Positions 9,665 through 18,269 of a stretch of 33,177 nt of DNA are shown here, one piece after another; the stretch's first letter is position 1; the number at the start of each line of letters is the position of its first letter. The position numbers and the translations under genes are program-made. The stretch spans positions 1 through 33,177 of IMG/VR virus record IMGVR_UViG_3300009786_002707; one strand, written 5' to 3'. This DNA is from a virus (lineage: Duplodnaviria; Caudoviricetes). Below the pieces are notes generated by a model. The model did no database searches. It worked only from the letters and a program-made list of their open reading frames with translations, and was not told where the DNA came from.

Positions 9665-9683
9665 CTTGCAGTCATGTACGACT

Positions 9684-10301
9684 TTACCAGAGGTATCGGG
9701 GACCGTAGCCAGTCTGGATTGGGTTCGGACTTCCGTCAAGGAAGACAAGCTCGCCCGGTTCAGCACTCGATGGGTTAGCTGCATTGTCAACGCCCGATGC
9801 ACGCATGGTGCTGGAGTTGTCAACGCTATTGGCAATGTTCCAAGCGCCAGAAGAGGCGTTGCTAGGAACAACAGGGCTCCACGCACCACTAAACTCGTTC
9901 CAGTAGTTGTTTCGAACCGCAGTCTTGTAGTAGTAGGTTCTCAACACGTCTAGCTGGAGTGGAGTAAATGCTTCATTAGCACTGTTGGAAGCGCCGCCTT
10001 CAAGAAGCAAGTTGGACTGTCCAGCAATAGTAGTCTGGGCTCTAACAATGACTTGGAGGCCCGAGTTGAAAGCAGCTCCCAAAATTGCACCTTCTACGGG
10101 ACCAACACCAGAGATGATGGTGGTGATGGGGTTTCCTTCGCCAAGATCAGAACTTTTAAACTTGCCAGTTTCCGAAATGGTGCCAGCAAACCTGATGTTA
10201 CCCTGATCATTGTCAATGTTGGCGGGGAGACCATCCGCACCGTAGACTCCGGTGCTAGGGCTAGTCGAAAAGCTTGTCGTGATGTTAGTAATAAAAGCCA
10301 T
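9684..10301 (-). CDS. Hypothetical G/S/T/N/A-rich protein, probable virion component
   Basis: GAGG RBS before ATG 10301. Low-charge, small-residue composition. Has its own upstream motif and a strong terminator. Confidence 0.65.
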   Translation of the reverse strand: MAFITNITTSFSTSPSTGVYGADGLPANIDNDQGNIRFAGTISETGKFKSSDLGEGNPITTIISGVGPVEGAILGAAFNSGLQVIVRAQTTIAGQSNLLLEGGASNSANEAFTPLQLDVLRTYYYKTAVRNNYWNEFSGAWSPVVPSNASSGAWNIANSVDNSSTMRASGVDNAANPSSAEPGELVFLDGSPNPIQTGYGPRYLW

Positions 10302-10373
10302 AATCAAATACCTCGTTATACGAAGTTTTCTGTTCCTTTGAATCCAAACATACCTAGGCCCTTCCCTGCTACT

Positions 10374-10382
10374 TAGTACACC
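10374..10382 (-). promoter_or_regulatory. GGTGTAYWA putative phage promoter
   Basis: GGTGTACTA immediately after the upstream stop, about 70 nt before ATG 10301. Confidence 0.5.
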
Positions 10383-10385
10383 AAA

Positions 10386-10844
10386 TCATTTTTTGGAGGA
10401 TTTCTTTTTGGCTCCAACATAGGCTACCATCTTGTCTCTGACGCTACTCATTACAGTTCTATCAACAAACATTTTACCTATCCCTATCCGGAAACGATAT
10501 GGGGTTAAAATATCAAGAGTTTCTACTCCTTCGGTGGAACCGATTACGCTATAGTAATCTTCAGTTAATCTAAAATTGGCGTGACCTACCCAAAACTTGA
10601 ACTTCCTGCTCGCAAGAGTATCGTCGGTAAGAGGTAGCATTCCGTAAGGGGTCATTACGCCCTTAACTGGAACGAATTGCTCGACCTCTTCGTCGTATTC
10701 CCTGCCTAATTCAGGGTCAACGTCGAGATAGCTTTCCTCCTCTTCTAAAGTAGGGGCGGGGCCTTCTTCTTCCGTTGCTTCAAACGCGTCCATCCATTTT
10801 TCCCAGTAAACATCATTGCCGCTTGGTAAAGGAGGAGTACTCAT
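10386..10844 (-). CDS. Hypothetical protein with acidic N-terminus
   Basis: 152-aa ORF with a GAGGTG RBS. Confidence 0.75.
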   Translation of the reverse strand: MSTPPLPSGNDVYWEKWMDAFEATEEEGPAPTLEEEESYLDVDPELGREYDEEVEQFVPVKGVMTPYGMLPLTDDTLASRKFKFWVGHANFRLTEDYYSVIGSTEGVETLDILTPYRFRIGIGKMFVDRTVMSSVRDKMVAYVGAKKKSSKK

Positions 10845-10853
10845 TACATCACC

Positions 10854-11615
10854 TCACAATAAAATTGGACTAAAATCAAGACGTGGGTGGGGGTTGTAGT
10901 TATGTAAGGTTGCATTTTTTCTAGACCATTGGAGCATAGACTCACCATCCAGCCCTAAGGTGACTAGGGGAAGGTCTCTAGGCTCTCTGTCAAGTTGCTT
11001 CTCTGCCTCAAGAATGTGTGCATCGCGGATATAGCAATCGGCAAATGTTCCGTGCAAAGTACCCGGCCTAAGCCCGGCTGTTGCAGCCAGCAAAAGAAGA
11101 AGAGTTCCATATAAAGCTATATTTATTGGAATTCCCCGGATTATTTCAGCGCTTCTCTGATACCAAGCAAGATTAAGGGTATCTCCAGACACCACAACAT
11201 TCCAGAGAATCCGGTACGGCTTTAACGACATTTTTTCAAGCTGCACAGGATTCCATGAGGTGCATATCAGGGTGGTATCGGTAGGGTCTGTCTGAAGAGC
11301 TTTTACGATTCTTTGAAGCTGATCGTATCGAGAAAGACATCCGTCGTCGTCTTCACCATATGCTTGATTGAACCGTCTCCATTGATACCCATCTATGGGG
11401 CCCAGCTTGGAAGAGGTTACACCTTGAATTAAGCCCTCGAGCCCTGCCCAAGCTAGTTCTATCGGCGTTTCGTTGGTCGTTACTAAGGGGAAGCCATCGA
11501 TCATCTCATGACGAAAGGTTTCTCCGAAAAAGCTAAGAACTTTTCCTACCTCTTCCGATTCTTTCCAGCGGCCGTTGCTGAGAACGTTGTCTAGAATGTC
11601 TAAGTAGGACTTCAT
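10854..11615 (-). CDS. thyA: Thymidylate synthase (ThyA)-fold protein lacking catalytic residues
   Basis: Collinear ThyA motifs (MKSYLD, GFPLVTT, LGPIDGYQWR, DQL, SWNP, YQRSA, GIPINIA, YNPHP), but PCH is replaced by PYR and other active-site residues are changed. Confidence 0.85.
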   Translation of the reverse strand: MKSYLDILDNVLSNGRWKESEEVGKVLSFFGETFRHEMIDGFPLVTTNETPIELAWAGLEGLIQGVTSSKLGPIDGYQWRRFNQAYGEDDDGCLSRYDQLQRIVKALQTDPTDTTLICTSWNPVQLEKMSLKPYRILWNVVVSGDTLNLAWYQRSAEIIRGIPINIALYGTLLLLLAATAGLRPGTLHGTFADCYIRDAHILEAEKQLDREPRDLPLVTLGLDGESMLQWSRKNATLHNYNPHPRLDFSPILL

Positions 11616-11618
11616 CGA

Positions 11619-12038
11619 TCACGGCCTCATCTTGTGGAAACTAAACACATCTTTTGGGTCTACTGCATCTTTGTGTTCTTGGACTTGAAGGAGGCCCTCT
11701 ACACTCTCTTTCTCGTAGGTCTCTCTCCAGCACCCCATAGCGTTCATTACGAATTTTAGCTTGGCCCCATCTCCCTCACAGTCAAGCCTTAGCGCCTCTA
11801 CAAAATAATCAGATAGCATTCCAGAGTTTAACAGATAGAGAGTCGTTCCAAGGAATTCAGCGTGCCTCTCATCGGTTGACAAGCAATCTGCCCCGATGGC
11901 GAAGTCTCCCCTCGCGTCAATCTGGACTACAAATTCAACAATGGGGTTGTCGATTATATTCTCATCGGGGTCCGGAGCCTTTTGTGGGGATCTTTTTCTA
12001 AATTTTTCTCGGATCATGGAGAGAATTCTTGAAAACAT
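11619..12038 (-). CDS. Hypothetical protein
   Basis: 139-aa ORF with an AAGGGA RBS. Confidence 0.7.
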   Translation of the reverse strand: MFSRILSMIREKFRKRSPQKAPDPDENIIDNPIVEFVVQIDARGDFAIGADCLSTDERHAEFLGTTLYLLNSGMLSDYFVEALRLDCEGDGAKLKFVMNAMGCWRETYEKESVEGLLQVQEHKDAVDPKDVFSFHKMRP

Positions 12039-12068
12039 GAAGTCCCTTTCTTGTGGTAGACCATTATA

Positions 12069-12077
12069 TTATACACC
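12069..12077 (-). promoter_or_regulatory. GGTGTAYWA putative phage promoter
   Basis: GGTGTATAA forms the last codons of guaC (GGT GTA TAA) and is followed by TATAATGG, about 30 nt before ATG 12038. Confidence 0.55.
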
Positions 12078-13187
12078 CAAGTCACCGAGGCTTTGGTCAA
12101 AGTGAGTTCTGTTCACTTTTACAAACTCGGAACATTTTGCCATATCTTTTAAACATGTAGCTCCAATATACGAACAAGAGGACCGCATTCCCCCTAGTAC
12201 GTCTTGAATAACGAGCTCTGCTGGACCCTTGTAAGGGATGCTCTTTAACCGTCCCTCGGAAGCCTTGTAGGTTTCTACTCCACCGCTATGCTTGTTCATA
12301 GCAGCCTCGCTAGACATACCATAAAACTTTAGTGATTTCTTTAACAGTGGAACATTGGTACATTCGTCGTCATCTTTGTATTCCCATTCACCTTCACACT
12401 CGTCGGTTCCGGCCAGCATTCCCCCCAGCATAACGAAGTCGGCGTTGGCAGCAAATGCCTTGCACACATCTCCCGCTGTTCTGCATCCGCCGTCCGCACA
12501 TACAAGCCCCATTCTTTTTTCTGCTGACTTCAGGCCGTGAGCAGCGTGAGCACATTCCTCAATTGCCGATAGCTGTGGGTATCCTACTCCGGTTTTCAAT
12601 CTTGTTGTGCAAGCAGAGCCGGGTCCTATACCGACCTTCACGATGTCCACTCCTCCGTGTAAGATAAGCTCTTGAACCATTTCTGGGGTACAAACATTTC
12701 CCGCCATTATAATAGAAGTAGGATACCATTTTCGTATGCTGGAACAGAAATTAACAAAGTCATCAGTATAGCCGTTAGCCACATCTATGCAAATATTTGG
12801 ACAAATATTAGAATAGTTAACAACTTCCTTCAGCTTAAGAATGTCCTTATCTTTGATACCCATGCTGAACCAGCATCTTTCTATAGGATTTGTCGTTTCT
12901 CCAGTGTCTCCGTCGTAGTCTGAAAAAAAGTTACCCAGCTCTCTAGGATCGTAATGTTTATGTAGACACGTAATCATATCAAATTTTGCCAACGCTTGGG
13001 ACATAGAAAAAGTCCCTGTCGTGTCCATGTTCGCTGCTACAACTGGTGTGCCGTCCCAAGTCCTCTGGCTATGGTAGAAGTTAAAAAATCTTGAGACATC
13101 AACGCTTTTTCTTGAAGCTGTCTTCGTGCGTTGAGGGACTAGGAGGACATCGTCAAAATCCAGCTTCGTTCCTTCATTAATTTTCAT
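12069..13187 (-). CDS. guaC: GMP reductase
   Basis: [57 protein letters not shown]. No CBS domains. Confidence 0.92.
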   Translation of the reverse strand: MKINEGTKLDFDDVLLVPQRTKTASRKSVDVSRFFNFYHSQRTWDGTPVVAANMDTTGTFSMSQALAKFDMITCLHKHYDPRELGNFFSDYDGDTGETTNPIERCWFSMGIKDKDILKLKEVVNYSNICPNICIDVANGYTDDFVNFCSSIRKWYPTSIIMAGNVCTPEMVQELILHGGVDIVKVGIGPGSACTTRLKTGVGYPQLSAIEECAHAAHGLKSAEKRMGLVCADGGCRTAGDVCKAFAANADFVMLGGMLAGTDECEGEWEYKDDDECTNVPLLKKSLKFYGMSSEAAMNKHSGGVETYKASEGRLKSIPYKGPAELVIQDVLGGMRSSCSYIGATCLKDMAKCSEFVKVNRTHFDQSLGDLGV

Positions 13188-14250
13188 AGATAGCTTCCTT
13201 TATTTTTTTAGCTGTCTTCTCCCAAGAAAAATCAACAGCAGTTCGTACACCCTCTTCATTAGCTAGAAACCTAGACTCCTGCCACTTACCGTACACGTCA
13301 CGCATGTGGCTAACCAGTGCGTCAAATGCGTTGCCCTCTAGGGAGGCCCACTCACCAACGTTTCCGTGAAACCATTTACCATCGGAGGCCGTTTCCATGG
13401 AGTCGATTTCTATAAGGAGGGCATTACCCTCATTACAAAATTCGGTGTGCGCTGAATAATTGGTTGCTATAACTGGTTTTCCACAAGACATCATTTCAAG
13501 TAATTCTAAATTCCACCCTTCGGCTCTACTGGGAAATACTCCGCACGTAGATTGCTTCATTATATTTGCTACTTCTGTATGACTATTCACTCTATCTATA
13601 ATTTTAACGCGAGGGTCTCCTCGATAGTAAACTTCCCATTCCGACCGATCCTTGGGATTAAGAAACGGGTTGTCAGGAAGCATGGACAATCCGACGTCCC
13701 GCTCCGAAGGGAATGCTGCTGTAAAGGCCCTTAACAGAACGTCATGGCCCTTTCGCACCTCCCACTTTCCACAATTCAAAAATTCACATTTTTCTGTAGG
13801 CGTATTTCCATCCTCGTTGAAGAGGCTACGGTCAACGCCAAGCGGGCAAACGTGAACTGGAATCGAAGAGTTGATATGATCTATAACTACCGAAGCTGCC
13901 CACTTAGAGGCAACTATAACGCTGTCGGTAGAATTGAGATTGTGGATTCGGTTATTGTCAAACTTAGTGATCTCAAAGAAGGGAAAGCCAAAAAGGGGAC
14001 CGCCCCCTATCCTTTCCGCCATGTCAAACTCGTGCCATATCTTCAGGCACGGGGCCTCCCAGTCAAACTTTTCTCTATTAGACAAGGCTTCCTGAACTGT
14101 CTCAGAGTCTTCCCGATTGCTTACTTCTATGTTGTTTCCGATAGGGAAGCACGCTATCTCAATGTCTTTTCTTAGAGACTTTAGTATGTTTAACGCGGCA
14201 ACTCCATAGCCAAGTTTATTGATAGGAGCCATCAGGTTCATATTCTTCAT
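13177..14250 (-). CDS. GT-B (family 4-like) glycosyltransferase
   Basis: GKWEVRKGHDVLLRAF, FPSRAEGWNLELLEMMSCGKPVIATNYS, FSWEKTA. Confidence 0.88.
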   Translation of the reverse strand: MKNMNLMAPINKLGYGVAALNILKSLRKDIEIACFPIGNNIEVSNREDSETVQEALSNREKFDWEAPCLKIWHEFDMAERIGGGPLFGFPFFEITKFDNNRIHNLNSTDSVIVASKWAASVVIDHINSSIPVHVCPLGVDRSLFNEDGNTPTEKCEFLNCGKWEVRKGHDVLLRAFTAAFPSERDVGLSMLPDNPFLNPKDRSEWEVYYRGDPRVKIIDRVNSHTEVANIMKQSTCGVFPSRAEGWNLELLEMMSCGKPVIATNYSAHTEFCNEGNALLIEIDSMETASDGKWFHGNVGEWASLEGNAFDALVSHMRDVYGKWQESRFLANEEGVRTAVDFSWEKTAKKIKEAIYEN

Positions 14251-14328
14251 ACTCAACCTCTTCCTCCAGCATGTGGGAACTAATATAAGCGGAAATTGCT
14301 AACTGAATTATTATATCTATCATGATAA

Positions 14329-14337
14329 GGTGTATTA
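14329..14337 (+). promoter_or_regulatory. GGTGTAYWA putative phage promoter
   Basis: GGTGTATTA about 30 nt before ATG 14367, on the strand of the only plus-strand gene. Confidence 0.55.
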
Positions 14338-14366
14338 AAAGGGGGGCCGTAACTATAGGAGATGAT

Positions 14367-14708
14367 ATGAAAAACTATTTTATAGGGTTTTTGACAGGTG
14401 TAGGAGTATGTCTCTTCGCCTATCTATTATGGGAACATCACAGGTATGTTCCAGTGATTATTAAAGAGATAAAGGTTCCTTTCCCCGTCCCGGTGCCTGT
14501 TCCTGTACCTATTCCTGCGCCTGTAGAACCGGGCATGCGTATAGCATATAAAAAAGCCCCCTTTGTTACAAGAGGGCTTCGGAGAGATTCCCCAACAAGT
14601 AGAGATATTAGAACGGAACTTCTTCTTCCACCTGCGTCTTCTTCTTTGTCACAGAAGTCGCAGAGTCGCTGGTATATCCGTTGCCTCCGGGTGTTCCACC
14701 GGGTGTGA
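14367..14708 (+). CDS. Small single-TM protein with (Val-Pro)n stalk; 3' end uncertain
   Basis: AGGAG RBS, MKNYFIGFLTGVGVCLFAYLLW transmembrane segment, VPFPVPVPVPVPIPAP. Fills an otherwise empty gap. The tail overlaps ssb antisense. Confidence 0.65.
   Translation: MKNYFIGFLTGVGVCLFAYLLWEHHRYVPVIIKEIKVPFPVPVPVPVPIPAPVEPGMRIAYKKAPFVTRGLRRDSPTSRDIRTELLLPPASSSLSQKSQSRWYIRCLRVFHRV
14550..14579 (-). terminator. Rho-independent terminator after ssb
   Basis: AAGCCCTCTTG-taa-CAAAGGGGGCTT followed by TTTT. Confidence 0.8.
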
Positions 14709-15021
14709 GATTTACCTTCTCAGCAACTACGGTTAGCTTGCTACGGCGGTCTCCCTCCTCAGTCTCCCACTTGTTGAGCTTGAGTCTACCGGTTAGCATG
14801 ACATGACGCCCCTTGGTCAGATACCGAGCAAGAGATTCGGCTTGCTTGCCCCAGATGGTCACGTCGACAAAAGTGGCTTCTTCCTGCTTGTCAGAATCTT
14901 TTGACCAAATTCTATTTGAGGCAACAATGATGTCGGTTACAGACGTGCCGGTTGGCGTTTGCCTGAGCTCCGCATCCCTAGTAAGCCTTCCACTAATAAC
15001 AACTTCGTTAAGATCGCTCAT
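14608..15021 (-). CDS. ssb: Single-stranded DNA-binding protein
   Basis: LNEVVISGRLTRDAELRQT, WGKQAE, KGRHV..GRL, acidic EEEVPF tail, AAGGAG RBS. Confidence 0.95.
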   Translation of the reverse strand: MSDLNEVVISGRLTRDAELRQTPTGTSVTDIIVASNRIWSKDSDKQEEATFVDVTIWGKQAESLARYLTKGRHVMLTGRLKLNKWETEEGDRRSKLTVVAEKVNLTPGGTPGGNGYTSDSATSVTKKKTQVEEEVPF

Positions 15022-15030
15022 AATTGCTCC

Positions 15031-15258
15031 TTACTTCATAAGACCGCGATAGCGTAGTGCTTTTCGCGTCAGGCTTCGTGCGTAGATAGTTCCATAGTTT
15101 CGAACGAGCTTTCTAAATTCGCCAGCCTTTGGGGTATTGGCAAACTTGGACGTTACTGCTCGCGTACTCTCAGACCCAGTTGCAAAACTGTTCATAGTTT
15201 TGACGGCGCATTTGTTCGACAAAAGAGAGTTCCAGTTTGTCTTCTCGGTGGATGCCAT
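15031..15258 (-). CDS. Small basic hypothetical protein
   Basis: 75 aa, AGGAG RBS, Arg/Lys-rich C-terminus. Confidence 0.75.
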   Translation of the reverse strand: MASTEKTNWNSLLSNKCAVKTMNSFATGSESTRAVTSKFANTPKAGEFRKLVRNYGTIYARSLTRKALRYRGLMK

Positions 15259-15340
15259 TTTTTTCTCCTATTAACATTCCTTGAAACCTTGTTGACATGT
15301 CCTATTATACCTCCGCCTTTTGCGTTTGGAGGCAAATTTT

Positions 15341-16444
15341 TTACAAGGTGTAGACCTGTATTTCGTCACCCGAAGCAATGGCATTCGTCACGCCCACCAC
15401 AGCGGCGGTAGCATATTGCCCTTGGTCCGAGCCCACTTCGGTGGAGGGGAAGTAGTGGGGAGAAAATTCTCCCGAGGGACGATCAGGGAAGTTGTACCAG
15501 ACATTCTGAGTGTTATTTTTTACAGAAACGGAGGCCTGTCTTCCAGAGCCAACGCCAAGTTCCTGCTGCCTTCCGAAGGCAAACACAAAAGAAGGGCCAC
15601 TATCGGATACTACGGTGGTGGGAGTCCACTTACCGCTTCCCCCCATGTCAGTCCACGTCGTAAGGTTTCCAGTTTCAGCAGCGGCCGCACCAACCCCCAA
15701 GTTGAATACGCCTATGGACGAATAAGTAGAAGTGGCACTCGTAGCGTCGTCGATGTTTTTTATATGGAAAGTTTCACCAGAAGTGAAGTTGTAGACGCCC
15801 CCGAGTAAAATTTGATTGTTATCTTGGAGGTCTACGGTATATCTAGAGCCGCTGGTAATAAGGGTTGAGTCTTGGTAAAGCCCCAGCTTGGTGGGCGTGC
15901 CATCTCCCCCATACACTCGGCATGAAGCCAGAACTAGACACTGTGGGCCGCCTGTAATATTTGGGGTTGAGCTCTGAAGAGTCCCCCCAATTCCTACAGT
16001 GCGGTTACTAGTATCATACGTTATGTGTAAAGGAAACGTGCTATTGCTATGACCATCTATATCGAAGACAAAGGTTTGACCCGCCAGCGTCTCCTCGTTC
16101 TGACCACCGTCCTCTAGCATTTTTCGGTAGATGCCGATAGGGAGGACGGGGTCGGGGGCTACACACATGCCCAAGTGACCTATGGCAAGGCCCGAACTAT
16201 TGGAATCATATCTCTCCTGACTTGATCCTATAAGGTCGTCCCCCCCTACGAATGCCCACTTGGTTCCCCCATCATTGGTTCCGGGGCTCTTGCAGTTTGC
16301 CCACGCATAAACAACATATGTGTGTCCCGCTATGAGATCACTCGCAGGCATCGCTACACGCTGAAGCTCCCATACAGTTGACCGAGTGGAATGCGTTGTA
16401 GTTTGCTCAGCTAATGCCCACGTAATATGTTTGCTGGTAGCCAT
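15341..16444 (-). CDS. Beta-rich G/T/S protein, probable virion/tail component
   Basis: 367 aa with a GAGGG RBS. Composition is typical of structural proteins. Confidence 0.65.
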   Translation of the reverse strand: MATSKHITWALAEQTTTHSTRSTVWELQRVAMPASDLIAGHTYVVYAWANCKSPGTNDGGTKWAFVGGDDLIGSSQERYDSNSSGLAIGHLGMCVAPDPVLPIGIYRKMLEDGGQNEETLAGQTFVFDIDGHSNSTFPLHITYDTSNRTVGIGGTLQSSTPNITGGPQCLVLASCRVYGGDGTPTKLGLYQDSTLITSGSRYTVDLQDNNQILLGGVYNFTSGETFHIKNIDDATSATSTYSSIGVFNLGVGAAAAETGNLTTWTDMGGSGKWTPTTVVSDSGPSFVFAFGRQQELGVGSGRQASVSVKNNTQNVWYNFPDRPSGEFSPHYFPSTEVGSDQGQYATAAVVGVTNAIASGDEIQVYTL

Positions 16445-16454
16445 TTTAAAGCCC

Positions 16455-17081
16455 TCATGTACCGTATAAATCTTGTATTCTTATAACATCATCAATTAAT
16501 TGCGGGCCAACCGTTTCAGGAGAGTAGTAAGGAAACATTAGGGCCTCCTCATAAGGTGAGTGGTCTAGGCCTAGGAGATGGCCAATCTCATGGGCGGCCA
16601 CATTTTGTAAGAGGATATCCTGCTTGGGATTGTCAATCTCTGTAACCCACTCTTCTGCCTTGTCAAATTTAGTTAAAAGCTGACCGTCCCAGTCGGAGGT
16701 GGAGGGAAGGTATGCCCATGCTAAAACGTCGTGTCTTTCTCCAAAGCCCTCATCTTTTTTCTTACTAACGTCAATTATAATGTCTGCTCTATCATCATAG
16801 ATCTTTTCAAAAGTGAGGGGGCACACCTCTGACCAAGAGTTGAATGCGTTAAGGAAACACCTATCCCACTCATGTCTTTCCATGTCTCCCGTATCTCTGT
16901 CTGCGATGAAATATGTTAGGTGAGTTTTAGCCCATCTCGACGCCCCGGTAGCCGTCTTCAGAGAAGACCTAATAGGGCACCTCGGAGGCATTTTATGAGT
17001 TGCTGTCGCAACTGTATCTAGAGTAGTTCCACAACCACAACAAAATAGTATACACGAATAAAGAAACTTACGGCGTTTCAT
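16455..17081 (-). CDS. Matrixin (M10) zinc metalloprotease with export signal
   Basis: AFNSWSEV, ADIII, LAWAYLP, HEIGHLLGLDHS, Met-turn ALMFP, IQDLYG. N-terminus KRRKFL...CCGC. Confidence 0.92.
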   Translation of the reverse strand: MKRRKFLYSCILFCCGCGTTLDTVATATHKMPPRCPIRSSLKTATGASRWAKTHLTYFIADRDTGDMERHEWDRCFLNAFNSWSEVCPLTFEKIYDDRADIIIDVSKKKDEGFGERHDVLAWAYLPSTSDWDGQLLTKFDKAEEWVTEIDNPKQDILLQNVAAHEIGHLLGLDHSPYEEALMFPYYSPETVGPQLIDDVIRIQDLYGT

Positions 17082-17133
17082 TTGGGCCCCCGTCGTTTTA
17101 TGTTATACTAGTCTCCATGGTAAATTACACATT

Positions 17134-17532
17134 TCATAGCTCTGTATAGTTTGAATAGTAGTTAGGATTTTGAGTTTCAGCATCGTTAGCATAGAGACCA
17201 CAGGTCTGTAGCTCACCATTATCCATGTCAGCGCTGACCTCTGTCAGAGCGCGAATAATTTTAGCACCAAAAAAGATATACTTGAACCACCCTAGCTCTT
17301 TACGGACGAGTTTTTTTAAACTACCTAAGTCAGATCTAGAAGGATTTCGCACAACACCCTCTCGTTCAGGGTTGGACCCTTTACAATTTTTAATCAAGAG
17401 GACAGCCTTTATTAGGATCTTACCAATTAGAATTGCAGTGGCTGGATCTATGGCCACTTCCTGTGATCCTTTGTGCTCATTTATTTTAGAGCACACCCTG
17501 TAGCTAACTACCTCTCGAATATAATGACCCAT
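17134..17532 (-). CDS. Hypothetical protein with an amphipathic/hydrophobic segment
   Basis: GGGAG RBS before ATG 17532; IDPATAILIGKILIKAVLLI segment. Confidence 0.7.
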   Translation of the reverse strand: MGHYIREVVSYRVCSKINEHKGSQEVAIDPATAILIGKILIKAVLLIKNCKGSNPEREGVVRNPSRSDLGSLKKLVRKELGWFKYIFFGAKIIRALTEVSADMDNGELQTCGLYANDAETQNPNYYSNYTEL

Positions 17533-17546
17533 GCGATTTGTCTCCC

Positions 17547-17582
17547 AAAAAGTAGAGGGGACGGGGAATTCCCGCCCCCTCT
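17547..17582 (-). terminator. Rho-independent terminator
   Basis: AGAGGGGGCGGGAATTCCCCGTCCCCTCT followed by ACTTTTT, 24 nt after the stop at 17606. Confidence 0.85.
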
Positions 17583-17605
17583 TGGATTGCAGCTTAGGAC
17601 GAGCT

Positions 17606-18250
17606 TTAAGCTCCACCAGTCCTAAATGTAGTACCTTCTTCCGAAGGAAGGGTTCCTGTCGGAATATCGCTACGATTTAATTCTCCACCTTTACGCTGAG
17701 TGAGAGTATAGAGGACGTTAAGTAGTGCTCTCATCATTACTGACTCGTACTTTGTAATGGCGTAGGGCTGGTGACGACTGTCAAGCCGGGTTAGCTCAAC
17801 AAAAAAGTTGTCTAAAGCCGCAACAAAAGTTCTAGCATAGTCATTGGGGCAGTTCAGAGGAGCAAGCTGTGGAATGTCCACGTTGGCTCCAGTTAAGTCC
17901 CACGACAAGGTTCGGTTAACCCCAACGGGCATAAGAACGTTGTCTTGAGTTAACGCAAACTCGTTATAGTCTTCATTTAGAGTTCTATTAGTATCTCCAG
18001 CTTGAGATTCCAATTCTTCCTGAGTGAGAGAATCAGGGTTGTAGGTAATGTTCTCCAAGGTGTCTGCGAGCTTTTCAAGCTCTGTTACCATGTAACGGTT
18101 AAGTCCATCGTTCCAGCCAGACTGTGATTTGAATTCTTGGCGGACAGTAAGCTGTTTTCTGAACTTGATAATCTCAGCCAACAAAAAGTGGACCCCAAGA
18201 TTAGGGAATTGTAGATTTGCACCGAGAAACGTGTTTTGATATTCGGCCAT
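17606..18250 (-). CDS. Hypothetical helical protein
   Basis: 214 aa, GGGAGG RBS, followed by a strong terminator. Confidence 0.8.
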   Translation of the reverse strand: MAEYQNTFLGANLQFPNLGVHFLLAEIIKFRKQLTVRQEFKSQSGWNDGLNRYMVTELEKLADTLENITYNPDSLTQEELESQAGDTNRTLNEDYNEFALTQDNVLMPVGVNRTLSWDLTGANVDIPQLAPLNCPNDYARTFVAALDNFFVELTRLDSRHQPYAITKYESVMMRALLNVLYTLTQRKGGELNRSDIPTGTLPSEEGTTFRTGGA

Positions 18251-18269
18251 AGTAGGCGCCTCCCATTAG

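Noticed and set aside
9569-9889. 106-aa minus-strand alternative-frame ORF
   Set aside because: It overlaps the 9684-10301 gene and crosses a strong terminator.
10854-11615. dCMP/dUMP hydroxymethylase interpretation of the ThyA homologue
   Set aside because: Those enzymes need the same catalytic Cys and phosphate-binding Arg residues that are missing here.
14547-14579. AAAAAAG plus hairpin as a programmed -1 frameshift
   Set aside because: A_AAA_AAG is not in the reading frame of the plus-strand ORF. The hairpin is explained as the ssb terminator.
15301-15336. Sigma70 promoter (TTGCCT...TATAAT) upstream of the 15258/ssb unit
   Set aside because: The spacer is 20 nt and the region is also a short CCTCC/GGAGG inverted repeat. 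It may be a promoter, but I cannot assign a class.
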